64,000 bases of DNA from Octopus sinensis. Lineage: Eukaryota. The DNA lies in the NCBI RefSeq assembly GCF_006345805.1, contig NC_043005.1, forward strand, positions 77,934,001-77,998,000. Reading direction: 5' to 3'. The position numbers and the translations under genes are program-made. Under the pieces are notes generated by a model. That model ran no database searches and had not been told where the DNA came from. It worked only from the letters and a program-made list of their open reading frames with translations. Shown here piece after piece: positions 27,265 through 36,948 of this stretch (positions are counted from its first letter, which is position 1; each line of letters opens with the position of its first letter).

Positions 27265-27418
27265 TTTATAATTATATATTGTTTATTTATTTTTGTACTT
27301 TTTGTGATCTAGTTATATGTTTTAAAATATATATTATTTTTTTTATGATTTGGTTTATGTCTATCATTGTTTCTCTAACTTATATATATATATACACATA
27401 CGCACACATACATATACA

Positions 27419-27840
27419 CAGGCGTTTCTGTGTGGTAAGAAGCTTGTCTGCCAACATGGTTCCTGGTTCAGTCCTACTGCGTGTCGTCTACTATAGCCTT
27501 GGGCTGACAAAAGCCTTGAAAGTGGATTTGGTAGATGGAATCTGAAAGAAACCTATTATGTATGTATGTATGTATATATGTATGTATGTGTGTATGTATA
27601 TGAGTGTGTGCGTGTGTATGCGTGTATGTGTCTTTGAGTCGGTGTTCGACCCCCACCACAGCTTGACAGCCAGTGTTGCTGCCTTCACGACCCGTGAAAT
27701 AGAGGTTCGGCAAAAGAGAGTGATAGTATAAGTTCTAGGCATTAAGAAATATGAGTACTGGGGTCAATTTATTCGATTAAAAATTCTTCAAAGCGGTGCC
27801 CCAGCGTGGCCTCAATCTAATGACTGAAAGCTAAAAGATA
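27419..27840 (+). mobile_element. SINE family B
   Basis: Head, internal microsatellite and tail present. Confidence 0.7.
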
Positions 27841-28493
27841 AATGATATCTGCGTGTCTAATACAAATGCAAGCTTGGTCCCTGGTGCAACAAAGACCAAT
27901 ACAAGCTTGAAGATGAAACAAGGGTAAACAAGGGCCGCATTCGGATCTTATGTAGAAAAGACTGTTCAAAATATATATTGCAGTCCTCATTCAATGCCGA
28001 CACAGCCAGTATTAAGCCTGAAAATTGGACTCGGAGATGTGAAGCAAGAGCACAGATTATGAATGTCTCAGGACCCCGAAGTAGGTCCAGGAGGGAAAAT
28101 GTAATGGAAAAAAGGGTAGCTTATGATAACGTCTTAGGGGGAAGGTGCTTGAGAATTGTATCCCACTCCCAGCCACGAAGAGTGTGGCGGAGATGGATGG
28201 ATGGACACATGTTTGTGTATATATATATATATATATACATGAAATTATATAATATATATATATAATATATATATATATTATATAATAATATATATAAAAT
28301 TATATATAATATATAAATATATGTATATATATATAATATATATGTATATATATATAATATATGTATATATATAAAATATATATATATATATAATATATGT
28401 ATATATATAAAATATATATATATATAAAATATATGTATATATATATAATATATGTATATATATATAATATATGTATATATATATATATATATA

Positions 28494-28563
28494 TATTTTA
28501 TAGAAGGAGCTTCTACAGGACTAGAACTAGTTCTAGTCCTGTAGAAGCTCCTTCTATAAAATA
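28494..28563. repeat. Perfect 70-bp palindrome with no spacer
   Basis: Checked base by base; the centre lies between T28528 and A28529 (...GGACTAGAACT|AGTTCTAGTCC...). Confidence 0.95.
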
Positions 28564-28627
28564 ATTATTTACTCTGCTATGTATTGAGTACCTATTTACT
28601 GTGGTTAACCCGACTCAACCCGGGACC

Positions 28628-28675
<48 letters not shown>

Positions 28676-28914
28676 TATATATATATATATACATGAAATT
28701 GTATATTATATAAATAATTTCAATAAGGATCAAATAATTCACGAAAATAATTTACGAAGATACCATTGACTCTATTATTATCTAGTGTAACACTTTAGAA
28801 ATGATAATAACAGAATCAGTAATACAGGCGATTGCATGCCTGTATTACTATAAAATTGGATTTAATCCTAAATCTGATTTTTCCCGTAAATTTGGATTAT
28901 TCCCTAATATTTAT

Positions 28915-28978
<64 letters not shown>

Positions 28979-28996
28979 ATATATATATATACACAT

Positions 28997-29639
28997 ATGG
29001 TCCTCTGGAAGACACTTGTCTAAGCCACTTTGACTATGCTCTCAGCTATGGTCACCATCCAGTGTCAAGTGATCACAGAACTTGAGGCGATCCAACGAAG
29101 CTACACAAAGAAGATAGCCTCTATGCAGAATGTAAGCTACTGGGAAAGACTCAAGAGATTAAAATTATATTCTCTGGAGCGTAGGCGGGAAAGATATGCC
29201 ATAATATACATCTGGAAGATCCTGGAGGGAAGTGTCCTGAACTTTGGCATCGAGAGTTACGCAAATGCCAGAACTGGGCGCCACTGCGTGGTGCCTAGGA
29301 CTCCAAACCTGCCATCAAGATGTAGGACAAGATTCTGTGATAGCCTGGGCTTCCGAGGCCCACAAGCTCTTCAATATCCTCCCGAAGAACCTGAGAGACC
29401 TGCATGGGGGTGGATACAGATGTCTTTAAAATGAAGCTGGATCTCTTCCTGTCAGGTGTCCCAGATGAACCAACTTCACGGCAGGAGGGGCAGATGAGGG
29501 CAGCTGCATCGAACTCTCTCATGCACCAAATAGCAGTTGCTAGAAAGCCTCCATGAAGTGAAACCAAGTAGCAACACCAAATGGCGGTGCCCCAGCATGG
29601 CCACAGCTCATAAGCTGAAACTAGAATCAATCAATCAAT
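28997..29639 (+). mobile_element. 3' fragment of a CR1/Jockey-group LINE with (AATC)n tail
   Basis: ELEAIQRSYTKKIASMQNVSYWERLKRLKLYSLERRRERYAIIYIWKILEG, then LFNILPKNLRDL...FKMKLDLFLSGVPDEP. The 3' UTR ends ...GCTGAAACTAGAATCAATCAATC. Confidence 0.85.
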
Positions 29640-29976
29640 ATATATATTTATATAATAAATGAAGGAAGCGGAAAATCAACTCATGGAAATATTTCTTTAT
29701 TTATCACAACGGTCGTTTCGACCCATCCTGCATCGATCCCTTGTGGATAGAATACTATACAAGTGGTTGTGTTGCATCCTCCGGAGCAGATGTCGGTGTC
29801 TTGTTTTAAAGAAGATATCGCTCTTAATGTACTCGATTTTGCTGGGTTCGATTGCACAGGTAGCCTAAACAGCGAAAGCACTTTAATCGGCTCACTGCTA
29901 ACTGTATACTCAAAGTCCAAGTAATTACGTTTTATATATATATATATTATATATATAATATATATTATATATATAT

Positions 29977-30020
<44 letters not shown>

Positions 30021-30054
30021 ATATATATACACATTCATATATTATATATATATG

Positions 30055-30085
<31 letters not shown>

Positions 30086-30183
30086 ATATATATTTATTTA
30101 TATATCTATACATATTTATATATGTATATCTATATATAAACATGTATGTATACATATATGTTTATATATATGTGTATATATTC

Positions 30184-30214
<31 letters not shown>

Positions 30215-31059
30215 TATATTGAGAGAGGGAAATTCCATGGACTTCATATATATTATGAAATAATGTACATAATTTGAAATATGTGATAACATCAAGGGAA
30301 TATATAGTATTATTGCTTGAATTTTGAATTAATGTAATCTTTCTGGGACACAATAAACTAGAATAAGGGCCAAACATTCAAATAGAGAAAACGAAGAAAA
30401 TCCAGTCTTGCTGGATAATTAGATCTACTATTTCGTCTACAAAGCAAATTCGATGAAAAATTCTCGTTTGAAGTCGAAACAACTGCCGAATTGCTGTCTG
30501 GGCACTCACAATAAAATCATATTCGACTGCTAGTGACAGTTGTCTATATGTATGTGTATGAATGTATGTTTGTATGTGTATGTACATAATACATATATAC
30601 ATATATATATTTACGTACACACACACAAATATATGTATATATCTATCTATATATAATTATATATATATATATATATTATATATATATACATATATACATA
30701 ATATATATATATATATATATATATACATACATACATACATATATGTATATATATATGTATATATATATATACAATTGTATGTATGTAGGTGCGTGATAAA
30801 TTTCGATATAAGGTTGCGTTCTAAATGAAGTTGCGATCCATAATAAATTTGCTCGATTATATTTTACCTTTCATATTTCATAATTCATGAATATCTATTG
30901 ATCTTACTTATCGATCGTTGAAACGCTTGTAAAGTATACGAAATTAACGACACGCCAACAGCTTTCTTCCCCTTATTGTTTCATACTATGTATATTTCTC
31001 TGTGTGCGTGTGTGTGTGTATAAATATGTATTTGTATGTATGTATGTATGTATGTATGT

Positions 31060-31070
31060 ATGTATGTATG

Positions 31071-31101
<31 letters not shown>

Positions 31102-31222
31102 ATATCACTCTATCACTCTATCTATCAATCTATCTATCTATTGTGTGTGTATAAATATATATTTGTATGTATGTATGTATGTATGTATGTATGTATGTAT
31201 CTATCTATCTATCTATCTATAA

Positions 31223-31292
<70 letters not shown>

Positions 31293-31318
31293 ATATCACT
31301 CTATCACTCTATCTATCA

Positions 31319-31369
<51 letters not shown>

Positions 31370-31370
31370 A

Positions 31371-31452
<82 letters not shown>

Positions 31453-31460
31453 ATAAATAG
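31060..31460. repeat. (TATC)n/(TATG)n microsatellite block, representative of dozens of (TA)n, (CA)n, (CATA)n, (TAG)n, (TAT)n and (CT)n tracts
   Basis: Directly visible. These tracts explain most ORF-track entries ([16 protein letters not shown] repeats). Confidence 0.95.
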
Positions 31461-32399
31461 ATAGACGGATATATATATAGAGAGACAATCAACAACTACA
31501 CTATATTATATGGTTAATTGAATAACTGTCTGTAGTTCAACAAGGACTAAGATATTTGATGATATGTAGCTCTGAACATTTAAATCTCACTTACAATTAA
31601 ACAGCCCCAGCAACAATTAGCTTGATTGAAGTTGTTTAAACTCTGGTCGTTCTTGGTTTAGGATTTACTTGACCACAAGCAATCCAGCCATGATTACCCC
31701 ATCTGTTTAAAGCATTGATTCTCAATCATTTTTTTAATCTATCGACCTCTTTGATTATTATGGTCAATCATGAACGAATGGGCCTCAGCAACGTGATGTT
31801 ATTACATCGGAAGATTAACAGTTACAGGTTTATAGAAATAGCTGCTAGTGAGTTCGATGCGATCAGTTATCAATAATACATTATTCTTAGAGAATTACTT
31901 TATATTTAATGTAACCAATTGAAAATATATATTTCGATATATTCCGATTGATATCTAGAAATGTGCCAAGGCTAGAGAAAATGATCAAACTTTGCAGCGA
32001 CACATGGAGACATTCATGTTATTTCAAAAATGCTGCATAAAGAAAATTAATACTGTATATGGGACTCAGTTCACTAGTCGTTAGTTTGATCCCCTCTTAA
32101 GGAAATGTGACCCCAGAGTAATCTGTAGAGGTTAGAAAACTGAATTTGATCGTTGGGTTATCACTAAAGATTCAGTCATCATACGGGCATTGAGTGTGGC
32201 ATCAGAATTTGTTACTTAACTGTCTGCTTGAATCAACTAATCATGAGTTAAATTTAACGGAGCACCCTGTGATTAATTTTTAACTGAGTTATTAATACTA
32301 ATATGGCTGCTCTGTATCCTTCCTTGTGAATACCTACTCTAACGTTGTAAACACAACACATATTCAGTGACCAGGAATATCTTAAGAGTGATTAAATAT

Positions 32400-32765
32400 T
32401 CTTTTCTACTCTAGGCACAAGGCCGAAACTTTTTGGGAGGGAGCCAGTCGATTACATCAACCCCAGTACGCAACTGATACTTAATTCATCGATCCCGAAA
32501 GGATGAAAGGCAAAGTCGACTTTGGCGGAATTTGAACTCAGAACGAAATACCTATTTCTTTACTACCCACAAGGGGCTAAACACGGAGAGGACAAACAAG
32601 GACATACAAACGGATTAAGTCGATTATATCGACCCCAGTGCGTAACTGGTACTTAATTTATCGACCCCGAAATGATGAAAGGCAAAGTCGACTTCGGCGG
32701 AATTTGAACTCAGAACGTAACGGCAGACGAAATACGAAAACTTTTCTGCCAGCTCGCCGCCTTTA
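32400..32765 (-). mobile_element. Composite SINE family A
   Basis: Two cores in tandem, junction near 32552. Confidence 0.8.
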
Positions 32766-33956
32766 AAATATTAATAGATACAGAGGGTCGATTCAAACTA
32801 GTTAGAAATGGAACTATTCTGAATTTTAACGGTTTTTATCTTGTCATGGAATTTGTAATGTATTCGTGACTAATATTTAGATTTTAATTGGTGCTTTTGT
32901 GTAGCTCTGTAGAGACAAACAAACATAGATGAAGTGCAGTGTAACTCTGAGAGGTATGTCAGCGCTGTAAAACTAACAAGCGTTTCGTTAATTTCAGTGT
33001 TGAATTCAATACCTTCTGCAGTGTTTAATCCAAGAACGTAGCCTGCATGGTCATTCGTATCGGTAAAATAGCAGATAAATCTGTCCTCATATAATAACCA
33101 ACAATTGCAAAGGAAAGACACGTTAAAGAATGTAGTTTAAGACACACAAAGTTTGACAGAAGAGCGAATCGATATGGCTGAAATGCCTCTCAGGACAGAT
33201 GCATTTGATGATGCCTTACCTGGAGGTTTACAACAACAAAAACAACAATAGCTGGAAGGGATTTGGTTACCACCAAGCAGATTTAATTTTGATATTAGAT
33301 ACGAATATGATGTCGTCAGCGGTGTTTCCATGGCCAATAGTTTACAAGATATACCGTTGTAAACACAGTAATTGTTAGACGACGGGAGAATCTATCATCG
33401 TCACATAATCACTTCATTTTAATGCAAAGTGGAGAGTTCGTGGGTTGGTTAATAAAGTCACTGGTTGTGAGAAGCAGAAAGTCTAACGTTTCGGACTTCT
33501 CTTCTTCAACAGAGAGTGCAAAAAAAAAGTTATTCGTCTACATATTCATTCCACATTGCACGAACTCTCCTGTTAATTTAACGTCGCTGACACACACTTT
33601 AGCCGGTCTACCAGAAATCCAGATTTTATCGCGTGTAATTGAATATAAGTTGCTTTCAATACTGCATAAGGCTTAAATACAATTCTGTTGACCATAATTT
33701 TGGTAACATTCACGATGCGGTTGTGTATTTTAATTAAAGATTTGAAATGACTTTTGTAGAGTATATAATATTAAACACTTCCGGAATAGGTGGTACTATG
33801 GCAAAAATACGTCACGATGTGTTACCGCTACTGTATATAACTCACTTTGATATTTATCATTGTTTGATTTCACTTTTTCAATATCAGCGACAGTGGACGC
33901 TGGAAAAAGTATAAGTATTTGTGAAGAATCTAATTCTCGGCGACAACTATGATTGT

Positions 33957-34001
33957 CACACGCTGATGAGAGGTCAATACCTCGAAACTCGAGTCCGTGT
34001 G
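33957..34001 (+). ncRNA. Type I hammerhead ribozyme, unit 1 (intact); predicted cleavage after C33995 (GUC)
   Basis: Stem I CACACG 33957-62 / CGTGTG 33996-34001; core CTGATGA 33963-69; stem II GAGG/CCTC with loop TCAATA; GAAA 33984-87; palindromic stem III ACTCGAGT; H17=C. Stem I extends past an internal loop (TATGAT/ATCATA, CAAC/GTTG). Confidence 0.93.
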
Positions 34002-34305
34002 TATCATAAGTTGAAGACGGGAAGGATGACTTCCCTTTGCAATACTGACAGGACACAGATAGTGTGTCTATGGCCAGCTGGAGGAGTGTGCCTCCTGGGG
34101 CTAAAAACTACAGTAGCATCCACCCTTAGGGGTAGCCATATTGAAATGGCAAAAATACGTCACGATGTGTTACCGCTACTGTATATAACTCACTTTGATA
34201 TTTATCATTGTTTGATTTCACTTTTTCAATATCAGCGACAGTGGACGCTGGAAAAAGTATAAGTATTTGTGAAGGAAATCTAATTCTCGGCGAACCTATG
34301 ATTGT

Positions 34306-34351
34306 CACCACGCTGATGAGAGGTCAATACCTCGAAACTCGAGTCCGTGTG
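34306..34351 (+). ncRNA. Type I hammerhead ribozyme, unit 2; predicted cleavage after C34345
   Basis: Core CTGATGA 34313-19, stems II and III identical to unit 1. Stem I 5' strand has one extra C (CACCACG). Confidence 0.85.
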
Positions 34352-34654
34352 TATCATAAGTGAAGACGGAAGGATGACTTCCCTTTGCAAATACTGACAG
34401 GACACAGTAGTGGTCTATGGCCAGCTGGAGGAGTGTGTCCTCCTGGGGCTAAAAACTACAGTAGCATCCACCCTTAGGGGTTAGCCATATTGAAATGGCA
34501 AAAATACGTCACGATGTGTTACCGCTACTGTATATAAATCACTTTGATATTTATCTTGTTTGATTTCACTTTTTCAATATCAGCGACAGTGGACGCTGGA
34601 AAAAGTATAAGTATTTGTGAAGGAAATCTAATTCTCGGCGACAACTATGATTGT

Positions 34655-34698
34655 CACACGTGATGAGAGGTCAATACCTCGAAACTCGAGTCCGTGTG
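34655..34698 (+). ncRNA. Type I hammerhead ribozyme, unit 3 (core C3 missing as assembled)
   Basis: CACACG-TGATGA-GAGG TCAATA CCTC GAAA CTCGAG TC CGTGTG: a one-base deletion in the CUGAUGA box. This is either an inactivating mutation or a consensus error. Confidence 0.7.
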
Positions 34699-34864
34699 TA
34701 TCATAAGTTGAAGACGGGAAAGATGACTTCCCTTTGCAAATACTGACAGGACACAGATAGTGTGTCTATGGCCAGCTGGAGGAGTGTGTCTTCCAGGGGC
34801 TAAAAACTACAGTAGCATCCACCCTTAGGGGTTAGCCATATTGAAATGGCAAAAATACGTCACG

Positions 34865-34899
<35 letters not shown>

Positions 34900-36554
34900 T
34901 ATATAAATAATCCTCCAAGCGAGTTCTTTGTTTAATAAAGCTTTGTTAGACAATTGTGTTTTTGTAGAAGAAAAGGGAAATGTGTATTTGTGTGTGAGTG
35001 GGTGTAGATGTGTGTGTTTGCATGTGAATGTATATGTTTATGTGTAGCATACATTTTAAGTATTCGGTTCTAGTTTTGAAAATGTACAATCACGAACGTT
35101 ACTGCGTATTGATCATGTGAAATTGAGTATTTTGAAAAACAAATCTGCGTGCAAACAATAATCTAGTTATGAAACATATGATCTAGTTTTAAAAGAAGCG
35201 AAATTGCACAGTGAAGGTGAATCTGCTCATGTGTGGATAGTTACTGTTGTACAAAGTTTTAATTCAGAAAAATAAAAATGTTAGTTAAAAAAAAGTGAGC
35301 GTGGATATCGTAGTCAGTATTTATAGATATTACTCTTAACAATATCCATGGAATCTTGAAACAGGCAACAGAGAAAGTTGTGGTTTTACTGGGTAGCTGT
35401 ATACGAGACGACATATATTGATAGATACGGTTCAACTGTTGATATTTTTACGTGCTATAACCGTATAAATTATATGGCTAACGATATCCAGATATTGAAA
35501 CAAATAGCATCGTAATTTATTCTATGGCTGTATATGAGACAATTAAGGCAGCAAGCTGACAGAATCGTTGGAACATAAAATGCATTGCAGCATTTCCCGC
35601 AGTTCATTATTTTCTGAACCCTTCGAGGTCGATCAAATAAAGTACCAGTCAAATACTGGTGTCGATGTAATCTACTTGTTCACTTCTCTGAAATTTGTTG
35701 GTCTTGAATCCTGCAACGGACCGGCACCCATTTTCAGGCGAATGCTGTGCTGTCAGTTACTTATACGCCCCCTGGAAACCGAGTAACCAGCTTTATAAGC
35801 TTTAGAGTTGAAGAAAAACTTTAAAATATGGGATGAAATATATACGCAGTTGTTGATATTTGTACGTCGATTAACGACTAATTTTACGATACCAGGTGAG
35901 TTACTGGCTTTAAAATCGATGCGTGAAACAGCTAGAGACGATCAACGTTCTTTTCTAGGTTCAATTAGGAATAAATGATTGTAATTAACGGTACGGACAA
36001 CGGACTATTTACGAATGGTGCTCCATCAACAACAGGATCTTAAAATGACTTTTATTTTAATCGAGAAAAGAATTGGAGAAATGTGAACCTGATTTTCATA
36101 CCTTAATAATGTATCGTTGTCTTATTTACCTACAAAATATGTGTATGTTCTCTAAAAATAAGCAATATGATATAGGCGGTAATGATATGTATTAAACAAC
36201 GAAAGATACAGGATGAGTCACATAGAATATAAAGCCATCTCGAAGGATCTCGGAGCTGCGATTTAGTGTACTGTTTTAAGGTTCACTGATTAAACTAAAA
36301 GAAAAACAAGTATTTCTATGCAAATTAAGTTGAAATGCAACTCTTTCAGGAGCAGACGTAGCTGTGTGGTAAGATGCTTGCTTTCCATCCATATCGTTCA
36401 GTTCCACAGTGAAGGATATCTTCTACAATATCCTCCAGCCGACCAAAGCTTTGTGAGAGGATTTCGTAGACGGAGAGGTATGTCTTGTGTGTTTGTGTGT
36501 GTGTGTATATATATATATGTGTGTGTGTACGTATATATATATATATATATATAC

Positions 36555-36585
<31 letters not shown>

Positions 36586-36632
36586 TAGATAGAGAGGGAG
36601 AGAGAGAGAGATACATATATATATATATCTAT

Positions 36633-36688
<56 letters not shown>

Positions 36689-36912
36689 AGAAAAATAATT
36701 AATGAATTATTATTATTAATTAAAAATTTGAGAAACCTCTCTTATAGCTGTTTCAGTTTAAGACCTTCAGAAAATTACTTAATGAAATTAAAATTAAAAA
36801 TTATTTGGAATCTCGTCAGAGGTAGTTTAAAATATACAAAATAGGTGTTCAATTCCTGCATGTTGAGTAAACGGCTGCAAACCGTTAACTTTATACACAC
36901 ACACACACACAT

Positions 36913-36948
<36 letters not shown>

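Larger units (their letters stand above)
24183..27390 (+). mobile_element. 5'-truncated Penelope-like element: inverted copy of its 3' end, GIY-YIG remnant, ~2.8-kb extremely AT-rich tail, hammerhead near the 3' end
   Basis: 24220-24250 is the reverse complement (1 mismatch) of 27342-27372, and the match continues to the flanking TA tracts. GIY-YIG coding remnant at 24277-24594; hammerhead at 27163-27264. A Helentron-like insert lies at ~25246-25592. Confidence 0.75.
33798..34866 (+). mobile_element. Tandem array (3 units of 348-351 bp + 21-bp partial) of a hammerhead-containing non-coding repeat; putative non-LTR retrozyme
   Basis: The unit start ATGGCAAAAATACGTCACGAT recurs at 33798, 34146, 34495 and 34846. 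Units are near-identical apart from small indels. Each has a hammerhead core and several GC-rich hairpins, with no meaningful ORF. The array ends in a (TA)n tract. Confidence 0.9.

Noticed and set aside
24600-27330. NUMT or mitochondrial control region explanation for the AT-rich tract
   Set aside because: No tRNA or mitochondrial gene signatures; the tract is bracketed by PLE hallmarks instead.
30360-30545. GATGA...CGAAAC hammerhead-like words
   Set aside because: The core is incomplete and no valid cleavage triplet or stems can be formed.
33798-34866. CRISPR array, tRNA/5S/snRNA gene cluster or coding repeat
   Set aside because: No repeat-spacer structure, no cloverleaf or snRNA motifs, and the ORFs differ between units through frameshifts.
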